From positions 476,863 to 540,862 of the forward strand of contig NMRA01000035.1 in the NCBI GenBank assembly GCA_002633005.1: a stretch of 64,000 nucleotides of DNA. Reading direction: 5' to 3'. A program made the translations under genes and the position numbers. Below are positions 29,801-41,200 of this stretch, piece after piece; within the stretch, counting starts at the first letter, position 1, and every line of letters begins with the position of its first letter. The notes under the pieces are model-generated. The model saw only the letters and a list, made by a program, of their open reading frames with translations, did not search any database and was not told where the DNA came from. This DNA comes from Phoronis australis (Eukaryota > Animalia > Phoronida).

Positions 29801-32502
29801 AGATGTGAAGTGGTTTCTGCGCTTAGAAAGGAGAGACAGTTTGTTATTGTTGGGACTCACTCTCTCGTTTATTGCCAACTTCAGATGACAGGTGTTTCCA
29901 AGAACAAAAATCTAGTTGATGCATGTGGGCAAGGATGAAATCATTTTGTGGACTTAATTTTCACGATATTTCTTTGAATCTTCAGACATGCCTTAGCAGC
30001 AAGTCAAATGTGTTTAATTGTTCTTTATGAATTTCAGGAGCATTCGACGTGCACTTCTGTTCTGTGTGTGCATGACAGTATTATCTGTGCCTGGCTTTGC
30101 ACTCATGTCTGATTTACAGTCTGACGTCATGGAAACTAAAAGTTGGTTAGAAGGTAAAGATAGAAAAACTCTTGCATAAAGTATTAGTTAAGTGTATGGA
30201 TGACCTTATGTTTAGGAATAATATCCTTTCTGGGTCATTTTAACAAAAATAAAAATCCTAGTCAAATACCACTTCACCTGCGCATATAAGCCCTTGGGTC
30301 AAGCAAGATTCATGCTTAATGGCAATATGATTAATGTGCAACTGGCTTAGTAACTGAGCACGAGTTGCCTATTGACTGGCCCATCATAAACTGTGCCTAA
30401 CCTGGAATGTAATCCAGTTTTAATGGTAAAATCTCACCAGTATAGCATAGGAGTGATTTGTTTTTCATAAAAGATGAATAGCACCACATAAATGTTTTTT
30501 ATCATTTTTAGGTTCTATATCTATAAAGTTTCCATCCGACAATATTGTGAGCATTGATAATGATGTCAAGAGCCTCTGGAAAATGAAAAATACCAGTTTT
30601 GGTCCAATTACTTATGTCTGAAATTGATGAGAATTTACCCTAATGTACTTTCGACTGAAACCAATTGTCCTGTTCAGATATGTACCGGTAGAACACAGGA
30701 CCATAGTTTGTGGCTTTCTTGTGCTGGGCTTGTGATAAACCATGGGTCATGCGGTGCACAAAACTGTCCCTGAAATTCACCAGTCTTAAGTGTGCGCTGT
30801 GTGAGTATTGTTTGCATTACACAGATTCCAGCCATTGTAATGCTTTTGTTCATGGGTACCATATTCCTTTGATTTTTTACAGATACATTTGAAAAAGATG
30901 AGGACACAGAATGTCGTAAACTTGCCTCTCATGCCCTCCTGCTCATACAACAGGTAGCTAAACAGGTAATTATTGATATCCTACTTTGGAAGGATGGTTT
31001 TATCGTTCATCCAGGTGATCAACTTGATGCTAAAAATATTCATAACTTCGGGCAGAACAACTCATTTGAAATTTCTCCAAACGTTCCAGAGCTAATAATA
31101 ATTGCGTTGCCCTCCGTTGGTTTTCCTTGACAATTACAGTACTTTGGACAGTGAGTCAGACACTGCTGTGTGTTCCAAGAGGGATTCTTGGCTTTCGTCC
31201 ATATAGCCTGTCCAACACCTTACTCATTTGAGACTGAGGAAGTGAGAGAGCCATACATAGTTTGTGGTTTGATAACAGTGTCTGAGCATCACTCCGTGGA
31301 AGGACTCGGCAGTTTTCAGTTCCACATGTCAGGAGTATTTCTTGAAGTTTTGGTTTTTAATTTTTCTCATCGCATACTTATGAAGCTTTCGAAAATGTAT
31401 CGTATTCCATACTATCAGTTCAATAATGATTTGCCAGTGAGGTACCTTCCTGAAAGTAAACATTGTTATCTATTGTCATTGAGAATAGTTTGGGCTCAAA
31501 CAGTACGTAAATGCTTTATACCAACACAGTCTGGCTTGGTAGAATGAATGTTCATGTCACTGACTGTTAGAATGTGAATAATGGAAAGTTACCTGTCAGT
31601 GTCATGAAGTTTTTTGTAACCACTGGCTTTTGGTCTCATCTTGAGATCTTTATAGAGTGGAATGGCAGGCAACTGGAGCCTCGCAGGTGTATGTTACGTC
31701 ATCGTTGTCATGCGTCATGAAACGTGACCTCCGTCAGGAAATAAAAATTCTGGTAGATGGCGGGAAGATCGCTCCCACAGTCTCTCGTCCTGCCATCTAC
31801 CAGAATTTTTTCCCATCAACGATCCGACAGAGGTCACGTCGTATGACCCATGACTATGATGATGCAACATGCACCGGCAAGGCTCCAGGTACCTGCCATT
31901 CCTCCCGACGAAGGTCTCAAGACGAGACCAAAAGCTAGTGGTTTCAGAAAAATTCACGACTCTGACAGGTAACTTTCCATTACTCACACTCTGGCTTATT
32001 TCAAAAAAATTGTCACGTTGTGTATGGATATTTACAAAGAATTCAAGGAACTCGACCCGACCGTTTGCAATGTTGTGTTATCCTTTTAAGTTTCACTTTA
32101 TACAAAGCTTAGAGCCTTGCCTCATAATTATAAGGTCTCCAAGGTCCTCAGACTTGGTTCAGCTTGGGTGCTCCATGAAATGTAATCCAATGTTGTATCA
32201 CTATTTATCCCGAATGTGTACTGAATTGTCAATAATAACTACTGGTCAGTCTTTGAAGTTCTGATGGCATTGTGCAAACTGAATACCAACCAATGAAATC
32301 ACGTAACATATTGTGTCAAGTTTGTTACGGGCAGCTGCTGATCTTTTGCTGTAGAATTAACCCATTAAAGATGCAAATTCAAGCCCCTACTAACAAGAAG
32401 AATGCATTTAATTTTTTCCATTTTTTTATTAATCTCACTCATATTCTCAAAAACATGTTCATAATTCATAAATGTATTCTGTATTTCCAGGAGTTTTCAT
32501 GA
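5858..32502 (+). CDS. TELO2: Telomere length regulation protein TEL2 homolog (TTT complex), ~842 aa, 20 coding exons
   Basis: In-phase exons: 5858-6219, 7247-7492, 8273-8427, 9858-10005, 11158-11260, 11682-11750, 12102-12243, 12807-12943, 13974-14050, 14663(or 14681)-14755, 15515-15603, 16094-16185, 17340-17456, 18324-18395, 19115-19365, 28668-28767, 29378-29442, 30038-30153, 30883-30965(or 30953), 32491-32502. TEL2 signatures: LDSDDDLEPYDMS (CK2/PIH1 motif), PLYIRDCMEGL, YSIRQRLDML, RIEKKTRRF, VAGYFFFPLL, LDLLGND. Confidence 0.93.
6573..6838. mobile_element. Penelope-like pLTR remnant with inverted arms and hammerhead motif
   Basis: ~75-bp inverted arms at 6574-6648 and 6727-6801. Flanking 11-bp direct repeat ctgttggaagc at 6562-6572 and 6839-6849. 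Confidence 0.7.
6704..6745 (+). ncRNA. Minimal type I hammerhead ribozyme (degenerate stem II)
   Basis: cac-CTGACGA-tggccagagaagagaccgacc-GAAAC-GTC-gtg, with palindromic ACGT stem III. Confidence 0.6.
7684..7756 (+). pseudogene. tRNA-like sequence (anticodon GGC); tRNA pseudogene or SINE head
   Basis: A box TAGCTCAGTGG, anticodon arm ctaga-ctggcaa-tctag, B box GGTTCGATTCC, then a T-run. The acceptor stem is weak and the T stem is bulged. Confidence 0.6.
9131..9473. repeat. Minisatellite, 86-bp unit, ~4 copies
   Basis: Unit atgggctttaaatgttacccagtggg... starts at 9131, 9217, 9303 and 9389. Confidence 0.92.
10310..10955. mobile_element. MITE, PIF/Harbinger-like termini
   Basis: agggcccgtt ... 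aacgggtccct termini. Internal short repeats of the ttagac(c/t)gaa type in both orientations. Confidence 0.55.
13423..13861. mobile_element. Non-autonomous TIR element (CAAGGGG termini)
   Basis: caagggggagactcaacaattggtcggacttcaaaac versus gtttttgaagtccaggccaattgttgattcccccttg. Internal GC-rich short repeats; no clear TSD. Confidence 0.7.
14762..15186. mobile_element. Old MITE with ~80-bp imperfect TIRs
   Basis: 14768-14850 is inverted relative to 15111-15185. A solo arm lies at 18996-19080. Confidence 0.55.
21675..22979 (-). CDS. Beta-1,3-galactosyltransferase (GT31), type II membrane protein, 434 aa, nested antisense in a TELO2 intron
   Basis: N-terminal TM helix, Thr/Lys/Pro-rich stem, GT31 motifs R..IRKTW, DIIQEDFIDHYRNMTYK, YVVKVDDDV, YPDYCEGFAY and WVDDVHV. 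A splice acceptor ttacag directly precedes the ATG. Confidence 0.95.
   Translation of the reverse strand: MSKMKTREKYIACLLSLIVGSCVIYLISNYSHETYQGVILHQSDRRRVEKTINKSDLAILPADATPPREAESHAKKNSAIRNKSPVATYQNQRVTTTQKKPAQEHKTMYKSKESRAKASTLKPPTKETKDPKHIKLDGAHPTRTTTTVNYLKMSKHVISPHNFNYIINNPHMCTVNNVTVIVVVHTATYNFQKRDDIRKTWASVYSYNGMNYRTAFMIAKTLNKTIQDKIVQEDNQHHDIIQEDFIDHYRNMTYKHLMGYKWINTFCNKVKYVVKVDDDVLIDIYHLTNFLKQKMKENVVKKLIYGRLFKANVPHRFPGSKWYMPRQLYPEDKYPDYCEGFAYITTPDVTQSLFKISLYFPYLWVDDVHVLGILRRQTDIKITSFSEPNGSTQMTEVFSPSRIKKVIFLLARWDHQKKFWFDNWKVAVKVSKAA
24040..24380. repeat. Dispersed repeat with an inverted copy at ~61030-61370
   Basis: Shared blocks such as gttggattttgaggtaagccaa.tgtcatcg and gctgttgtta...tctaga. 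Confidence 0.55.
27183..27386. repeat. ~200-bp AT-rich foldback palindrome
   Basis: Arms atataaataggtaaat...aaataaagtaaaatca and tgattttactttattt...atttacctatttatat around a ~9-nt loop. Confidence 0.85.
31569..31993. mobile_element. Foldback element with ~170-bp imperfect inverted arms
   Basis: taatggaaagttacctgtcag...gacctccgtc versus gacagaggtc...ctgacaggtaactttccatta. Confidence 0.75.
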
Positions 32503-32731
32503 GCTGCGGAGCAGAGAACACTGGTTACCTCACTGTAGAAAGACATAGTCAGCTTGCCATCTCATCTCATCTCATCAACAACCACATCGCTTGTTGGCTC
32601 ATTTCCCATACGCTGATGTCACACGTAACGATTACGCCTCAATAAATAACTAATAACCGACAACGTTTCTTTGTATACCAAGCTTTATGCCTAGAAAACA
32701 CGCCAATAACAACACTACTCTACCACAACCA

Positions 32732-33889
32732 CTATTCATGTCCGTCATAAAACTTTGACAAGAAATCTGTTGGTCTCGGATTGTTTCCATCTTTAAAGTA
32801 AGCCATGATGTGGTGCTTCTGTTTCCAAATTTCGATTGTTTCCACTAAGTCCATTTGTCCCTGAAAAATTAACAAGGTATTGAAAACAATCAATGTATAT
32901 CTCCATTCATCCTCTGGTGTACCAGCATTTCAGCTTATACGGATTGAACAAGTTTTCGCAAGTTAACATTAGGTGGTGCTGTAATCTTGTCTTTATCTTC
33001 AGTTTTGATTTTTAAAAACATCCAAGCAGCAAAATTAATGAATTAAAATGTTGGCACATTAGCAGAATGACATTGGGATATTGAAAGATATTGATGCCAG
33101 CCAATGGCTGACAGCAATATGGCCGATGTCTTAACCTGTACTAGTATAGCATTAGGCACATTTACCAGGGCTTGGAATGACCAATGGCAAAAACGCGGAA
33201 ACTTTTACGGCCCAAATCATGCGCGCTACCCAGCCTTGAAATGGTCGATGAACCTTTTCCCGACAAAAATCGGGAGGACTAAAAAAAAAAACGTTACCAC
33301 CATCAGTAGCATGCGTATGTGTCCTTTTAGGTCGCCCGTCGACTCCCAATCCACACACTTTTTTTGGCTTCAGAGCCATAGTATTTGTCGCCGCGGTTTA
33401 CAGTATCACGAGACGCCATTGAAAATCCCACCACGCTATCTCAGATGCCCCGGCAATGTTGACAATTTACGTTCCTCCGAAACATAAAGAGCAACTTCCG
33501 CTTTTCAAGGTGAACGTCGTCTGCAATGCCGTGGTAAGAAAGGAATTTGCCGCGGAAATTTTATATCAAATCCGATTTTTTTACGCGGAAATATAAAATG
33601 CGCGGAAAGAACATTTGAAAAAAGCGTAAATCCGCGGAAAATTCCAAGCCCTGATTTAAGAACAAGCTGCAGCAAACAGCTGCGATGCAGTTTTATCAAT
33701 TAGAGGGACAATATTTTTAAAATGACCAATGCTCAACTAAACATAAGTGTGGAGGACACAAATGACCACTTGCCTTAATCACCAACAAGTCTATCGTCCT
33801 CAGGTCTGTTAGATGTTTGTTTTTCAAGAACATTTCTCTCACTTTATCCCTGCCCTCTTTTACACTGAAGGGTACATCGAACTGGTGAA
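32732..33889 (-). CDS. NDUFA6: NADH dehydrogenase 1 alpha subcomplex subunit 6 (LYRM6), exons 2-3; exon 1 not visible
   Basis: 33774-33889 [39 protein letters not shown] and 32732-32860 [42 protein letters not shown]. The intron between them has a GC donor. Confidence 0.93.
33166..33653. mobile_element. MITE with CAGGGCTTGGAAT TIRs (copy 2, NDUFA6 intron)
   Basis: Same family as 2007-2517. Flanks are atttac / atttaa. Confidence 0.88.
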
Positions 33890-35096
33890 CTGCAAAGGAA
33901 TGGGAATGGTGTAATTTCTCATGTAACACAACCATGTCTACAGCAAACATTGCATTAAGACCCATCCCATCCATGTACAGGTGTTGCATGGATCAAGAGG
34001 CTGCATTCATTCGTTAAGACATGAAAACCAAACTGTCAGCTACACCAGGGTAATGATACTTCACTTAAGTTTGATTCAGTTTGCCTACATAAGTGCAACA
34101 GTTGGGGAGCAAAACTTTGTGATTTTAATGTCAATAGATAGGTAGTGTTTTGAAATTGTTTGCTGTGCACGTGGTACGCGTGTTACTTAAATCTGGTAAT
34201 TTTCTTCACCAATATAGTAAACAATAGGGCAGCCTAGTGAAATCATACTTTATGTTGAATTTTTCATAAAAATCATATTGAAGTAAAATTTAGAACACTA
34301 TTAGTTTAGTTTGACTTATCACGTTTGTTTTTGGCCAAAATATAAGTACGAAGTTCAAAATCGGCGCAGATATAAACAAAGACATAGTATTAATCGATGT
34401 TTCGGTTTATTGTCATTAAACCATTCTCAAGACAAAACAATAAAAGGACGATTAATGCAATGTCTTTGTTTACATGTGAGCGTTTTCATAAAACAACACT
34501 TTGGTGAAGTTTCCATAATTTGCAGCAAGGTAACCCTTGTAAAATAAAAAATTACCATTTTTGCAATTTGGGCTAAATAAGTGAAGAATTACTTCACAAC
34601 ATAGAACAGTGACAAGATCATTTCCTTTTATCTGTATAGTATTCCTCAGCCTCAGTTGCACAGACCAATACCAAACCTCCCCTGTACAACACAAAGTTGA
34701 TCATGGCTATAATAAAATGATGATGGTTAGTGGCTGGCCAATTGGCAGCAGCGGAAATGGATATAATCATATTTCTGTAGTACACGCACAGTATTCAACG
34801 GAAAACTTTTTGATGGCCTCCGCAACCAATCCAAGTGGGGACAGATAGTCTACAACTGAAAACCTAGTCTGTCTATGTATTACAAATCACCAGACATTAG
34901 CCCAAGCTGCAAATTCACTTGCCGGACTCTTGGCCACATTGCCCAGAGATATGCGTAAGAAAACATTCTATTCAGGGCTGCCAACCCATGAAGAACATAA
35001 TCTGTAATTTTCGTGGAAAAAATTGGTATGTTGCATGAGAAAACATGTACAATTTCCAACATTTTTAGAGTTTCAAATCGTGTTTAACTAAAAAAT

Positions 35097-35450
35097 CACG
35101 AATTTTAAGCTCCTTTGTTGCTTCTGCTTGGACTATTAAAGTCATTGTTCGCCACTTGAAAACCCGGACCAGGCTCCATCTAAATTCAGACAGAAGTTCA
35201 CATATTAATATTCATATGCAGAGCTTCAATCATTGTTATGATGACAATGTTATGAGCAATGCTCTTTCAACGACTAAATGCCATAATAGACCAAGCAGAA
35301 ACAACAAAGGAGCTGAAAATTCATGAGGCTCTATATATCAATGGGTGGTGTAAGCCCAGTCTCAATAGGCAACTGGCACACCACAGGTTATTGTTAGTCT
35401 CGTCCACTGTTATTCCCCTGTAACAATCATTTGGGCCTAGCAACTTGGCA
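35097..35450 (+). mobile_element. Degenerate Penelope-like element 3' fragment with 5' inversion
   Basis: Homologous to the GIY-YIG region at 57450-57750. Segment 35097-35146 is an inverted piece of the same element. Confidence 0.75.
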
Positions 35451-35454
35451 AGTA

Positions 35455-35836
35455 GGCAATGACCATCGCCTCTGTTGGTCCGAACCAGAGGCGATGCAAA
35501 GGCTATAGGCGCTCTGTACGCCAGAAGCTTTTCGGCGAATTATGCCTCGCACCGACTAAACCATCAGAGTCACGTTGTTATAAATACCTTTTGCGCATAG
35601 AGGAACACCTGAGGAGGTTGCCGATGTGTTTAATTCCTTCCAACTCGAACAAATACTCCCATTATCAAACTTTTTCTTTGAGCAGTCCCTATTTCAGTTC
35701 CCAAAATCGTGAACTCACCATTTTTATACTGCGCACGCTCCAATTTTTACCGCGCTCGCTAGGTGATGTGACTTCATGACCTCAATCTTTAAATAGGCCA
35801 AAGGTGAGCCATTGCGGTCTTGTCAGTCAAATGTTC
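35455..35836. mobile_element. Partial copy of the 4398-5330 long-TIR element, running into the gap
   Basis: Near-identical to the reverse complement of 4948-5330. Confidence 0.85.
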
Positions 35837-36625
35837 NNNNNNNNNNNNNNNNNNNNNNNNNNNNNNNNNNNNNNNNNNNNNNNNNNNNNNNNNNNNNNNN
35901 NNNNNNNNNNNNNNNNNNNNNNNNNNNNNNNNNNNNNNNNNNNNNNNNNNNNNNNNNNNNNNNNNNNNNNNNNNNNNNNNNNNNNNNNNNNNNNNNNNNN
36001 NNNNNNNNNNNNNNNNNNNNNNNNNNNNNNNNNNNNNNNNNNNNNNNNNNNNNNNNNNNNNNNNNNNNNNNNNNNNNNNNNNNNNNNNNNNNNNNNNNNN
36101 NNNNNNNNNNNNNNNNNNNNNNNNNNNNNNNNNNNNNNNNNNNNNNNNNNNNNNNNNNNNNNNNNNNNNNNNNNNNNNNNNNNNNNNNNNNNNNNNNNNN
36201 NNNNNNNNNNNNNNNNNNNNNNNNNNNNNNNNNNNNNNNNNNNNNNNNNNNNNNNNNNNNNNNNNNNNNNNNNNNNNNNNNNNNNNNNNNNNNNNNNNNN
36301 NNNNNNNNNNNNNNNNNNNNNNNNNNNNNNNNNNNNNNNNNNNNNNNNNNNNNNNNNNNNNNNNNNNNNNNNNNNNNNNNNNNNNNNNNNNNNNNNNNNN
36401 NNNNNNNNNNNNNNNNNNNNNNNNNNNNNNNNNNNNNNNNNNNNNNNNNNNNNNNNNNNNNNNNNNNNNNNNNNNNNNNNNNNNNNNNNNNNNNNNNNNN
36501 NNNNNNNNNNNNNNNNNNNNNNNNNNNNNNNNNNNNNNNNNNNNNNNNNNNNNNNNNNNNNNNNNNNNNNNNNNNNNNNNNNNNNNNNNNNNNNNNNNNN
36601 NNNNNNNNNNNNNNNNNNNNNNNNN
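35837..36625. other. Assembly gap
   Basis: Run of N. Confidence 1.
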
Positions 36626-36775
36626 CTTTCTCGGTGATGACGTTAATCTATTTTTAGCCAATTGTAACTATTTAAGGAGACGGACGTGACTTGTGAGATC
36701 ACTTTACTTACAGAAATTATGTGATTACGGAGACAATAAAAAGATACCAGATAGTAAGTTAATACATGTCTGAAA

Positions 36776-38238
36776 ATGTATGCTGAAACCGCGCCAAGGA
36801 CTGCGGTAGCTACTGCCAACCAAACGCAGGCGAAGGGTCAAAGAAAGCGTGCGACCCCTAACGGTACTTGTGGTCGCACCCCTCAGTACCCGGCCGCCTC
36901 ACCTTGAAGGATGGGGAAAGGACGACACTCAACGAGAAAAGAAATTTTCCTTGTGATGTGTATATTGGGGAGAATTTTACCGTAGTCCTGAAACACAGAT
37001 TTAAATTTACTTTTCTGGTCGCTGACAACAACAAGCATGGAATCGTCTGCTGCAACTTTCACCCTCTAAAACCCTTTGAGAAGATGACGTTTACAGCGGA
37101 CAGCCAGAAGATGTTAGGCCTCCCAAACGCTGGGGGGAGCTCTGTCATATCTGAGATGATGTCTTGTGAGATGATGGTCCGCGCGTTCGGTACGAAATTA
37201 ATGAAGGTAAGTTACCTAACTTACTGAGGTGCGAAGTAGGCCTACACTTAATGCGCTCCTGAGGTATTAAATTCGCCGAGTGTCAAATGCATTGCAAATA
37301 GCTCCTTCATTGTGTTGGACTAATGAAAATTTGAACGATTTTTCCAACCCTAGTTAGTTTTGAGATAATAATTCGGAATCAAATGGGCTAAAGTTGACTG
37401 AATTGAAAACGCTATTACGTTAATTAAAAGTTGTTAATTGCTCGCCATTGGAAGCGTCCGTATTAATCGTTTCACAGAATCAACATGGATTGGTAGTCTG
37501 CCGAGGTGACGTGATATAGAATTTGTGATGCTAATTGAACAACGGTGTGGCTGCAAAATAATTCGAAATATTTAACTACTTCAGCGGCGGCCAGTATGTA
37601 ATACACTCGACTTAATTAAATAGATGTTTTTTCAAAAGTGGTAGTTCTACAGCGACGTGTTTTTACTTGGCATCAGCTTTTTCACTTAACGAACATAAAT
37701 TGAGCTTATATCGGACGTGAATTTCACCAATTTGATGAAATTATTTGCCGAGTAGACTACATGTACATTCACACAAGGATGCAGGGCACGCTATTACTTT
37801 TGTCGTAGTATCGAATTGTCGCCGATACCGTAAACTGCCCATTCCTTTTCATGGTCTTTTCTTTTCATTTTATCTTTACAGACGGAAATGGAAGTATCTT
37901 ACTTTCCCGAGGGCGGGTCATTGACCGACTACACGTGCAAATTTCGTGATCTTACAATAGGGGTCTCTGTTACTAGAGCTATGAAATACTGGGGTGGCGA
38001 CTTCACAATGGAAGATGCAACCAAACTACTTAATAAGAAACTTACAGGCGTCGTTCAATCCACAAAAAATTCGTTGGAGAAATGGGACAAGCAAGTTTTG
38101 CACGTGTGGTCGATGAACAAGCACGTAGCAAATGTTCTCATACAAGCGTACGATCTTATACCACAAGAAACGAAATCGAACACGGTTGTCTTGGTAACAA
38201 TAGCTGAAAACAGCACGGAAATATTTCACAATAGGTGA
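36776..38238 (+). CDS. AAC4-like uncharacterised protein (Dictyostelium AAC-rich mRNA clone AAC4 family); 5' end uncertain
   Basis: Exon ending at 37206 (AAG|gtaagt) joins exon 37882-38238: PNAGGSSVISEMMSCEMM...LMK|TEMEVSYFPEGGSLTDY...GVSVTRAMKY...LLNKKL...WDKQVLHVW...TVVLVT. Family assignment is from recalled motifs. The main frame is open from 36862 with no upstream in-frame ATG. Confidence 0.8.
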
Positions 38239-41200
38239 AACAAAAATTAACATCATTCATTTCACGTTAAGGTATGTACAGGTAGTAGTCTTGTAAATTA
38301 TTCTTTACAATGTTGCAAGCATTTATTCCTGTCCGATGTTTATTGAGTACCATATGTTATGTGTTTACACAATAAAACTGACGTTATTAGATCAAGCTCC
38401 CAATAGTGTTGGATACGCAGTATTTTTGGAAGACATATTGATGACCCGACGCTTAATTAAAACTGGCGCTGTAATCATCCTACACGGCCAGTTTTACACA
38501 CCCGGCGCTCAACTGTCGATTGTTGTTACCAACTGCATGGTGTGTTTGAATTTTTTTATAAATAAACATTGATTTTAATAGTGTATATTCTTCAATGGAC
38601 AATCATATCCAGACTGACGAATGTGGGACCACTGCTTCACTCGTGATAACGTTTGCGACGCATCTAATACATTAACTTGTTAATTTCCACGCGTTGTGTT
38701 GACTTACATATTTAATTAATAGTAGGCCCTAGACTATCCAATAACTAAACTGCGGTCAGAATTGTTCTTTCAATTAGTCTTTAAGAACAGGCTCCGGCAC
38801 TTATTTTAACAATGGCGTTTTTATAACTGGCTTTTAACCCGACCGGCGCTTTTTAAAGGACCAGCGGTAATACGCGACATTGAGGTATGATTAACAATTT
38901 AAGATAAAAGCCTTGTAAAAAATATAAACTATTAACACTTTTTGTAAAAAGAATTTTACCTTTATTTTGCATTAATGTTATAAAAATGTCAGAATTATAT
39001 CAAGTTCCACAAAAAAATCCACAAAGGAACAACTCAATATCATAGATGTTTATTTCTCATTCTATCTGTCACGCAAATAATAGCTTCATCAACTCCATGT
39101 CACGAAATTATATAAATATCAATAAGTTAACCATCCGACAGGAAAACAACACATTAAATTTTGCATTCCAGGCATTGCACAGCAAAGGAAATGCACATAA
39201 CGTAAAAGAACAATATCAGCAATTCGCTCGTTCTTTCCGTTTTTCACAATAGTTAACTTTCCATACTGAGTTTCAGTTGCGGCACAATCATTGCTGGAGT
39301 TCAAGTGAAGGGACAGAATTAATACAATCGCAAAAAGAAACAAAATTCTGTAGAAATGGAAGTACTAGCAACTAGCACGACGACTAATATTCCCGATTGT
39401 TCAACTACACATTATTAGTTTGAACACGCTGACCAGCTGACTAGCCAAACATTGCATAATGAAAAACATACCCAGCACTGGCTGCTATAGGTCCCTTGCA
39501 ACCCCTAGGTGCGAAACTGCGATTTGTTGACTTTTTGATTTGCTCTCCACCCTCCTCACTCACGAACGCCCGCCTCCCCGCCCGTCACAAGAGCCTTGAC
39601 AACTTCTTGACCCTCTTTTAACCGGTAAACGTCCTGAATGATGATTGGATGGTTTGTGAAAGGTTTTAGACATCGTTTGTGTCTGAATAAGTTACTTGAA
39701 ATGGCTTTAATTAGCCCGTCGTCCGAAACAAAAAATTATTTAGACCATTAATCATAACGAAATTGGATTCAAATTATTCCCCACTGCTGTGACCCTGCTG
39801 GGTTGAGGCAGAGCTAAACTGTAGTGCCCGGTCACAGCCACGTCTCTTGTTGAACGCAACTGAACTGTGGGGGTAGTGCATTTGCACTTCTTGCACTCGC
39901 CTCTCTTGGCTGCAAGAGAGAACTCACAATTTCTAAAGAAAATGTCAACAACAGCCCTAAAAGCAACAGGCTGGCATATTTTTACTCTTTTTGGTCATGC
40001 ATGACAACTTTATAAGAGTGCAGCTAATTTACCTACAGGTACACTTCCATTCATCATATTCTCTGTGCATCACTTGACAACTCCAGCAACACAGGCAGTT
40101 TTAAAATCCAGAAACCAGTCTAGTCCATTGTTATGCCAATGCAGGCATTTGACCCCACAGCATCAAAAACAAACACGTCAGTCGTGACTGAAATACTCAC
40201 TGGTCAACAAACCAAATACAGCAACATGGCTTTCAGACATATTTCTTCAGGAAAAAATATCCTAACCTTAGTTTTTCAACAGGAAATCAATTTTAGAAGC
40301 CGAAATAGCTATTAAGAAAATCCCTAGTTTCACAGTACGAAATTGCTGCCAGTCAGTGTTTACATGTACCTACAGATCACTCGCTAAGCAGTACTTGCCT
40401 TGCCACAGAAAATGGAATTAAAGTAAACTGTGTTGATGGCAGCAGTTCTTGTATAAATATATTAACAAGTACATGTACAAGGTGCCCCAAAACAGGCCAA
40501 GTCAGAAATGAATTCTAATGTGACACTCCCATTTAAAACACTACTCATACAATCATTGAAAACGTGTCACAGTAATCTCAACTAGATGGATCTAAAGCCA
40601 AAAAGCCAAAGCAAAACACTCACAATTAAAACAAGAGAGCAACATCACTGTAAGAGTTCTCATTAAGAGAAACACATCGGGTAGAAACAGTATGTATTTG
40701 CTCCAGTCACAACAAAATAAAAATACTTTAATTAAATAGACAATAAACACATGCCTTGCGTCAAAAAACCACTTTTCTCTCAGGCCAGTTACTATCGGTC
40801 TCACTTGCTCAGACTACCGTAAAGTCTCAGCAATTTAGGCCAGGACAATATGGCAGACTGCTATAATCTTATTTTCTAATGTTTTTGTCATACAAAATAT
40901 ATTGCACCTAATTATTGTTTTACTATGTTCAAGTTTTCCATGATATCTACCACCACAAGAAAATTTCTGGGCATCTCACTAATAATGTAAGACCTTGGGA
41001 CAATGAGAAAAGTGCAATTTCGCAAGTTATTGTTGTCCAAAATTTGGGAGAGATTTTACAGTAGAAATGATTCCATGGCTTGAGAAGAACTGATAAGATG
41101 TCATTGCCCCAGACCAAAAGTCCCTTAAGAGCTCCACTTGTCATCGAAGGCTGGTTTTCACACCCTTGCCAACACAGCAATCATGGGATTGAAGTGCAGG

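Noticed and set aside
35789-36689. Long ORFs of 277-290 aa in the ORF track
   Set aside because: They are translations of the N-gap.
36766-36861. Selenocysteine readthrough of TGC-TGA upstream of the AAC4-like frame
   Set aside because: An in-frame TAA at 36859-36861 still blocks the frame, and I recognised no SECIS.
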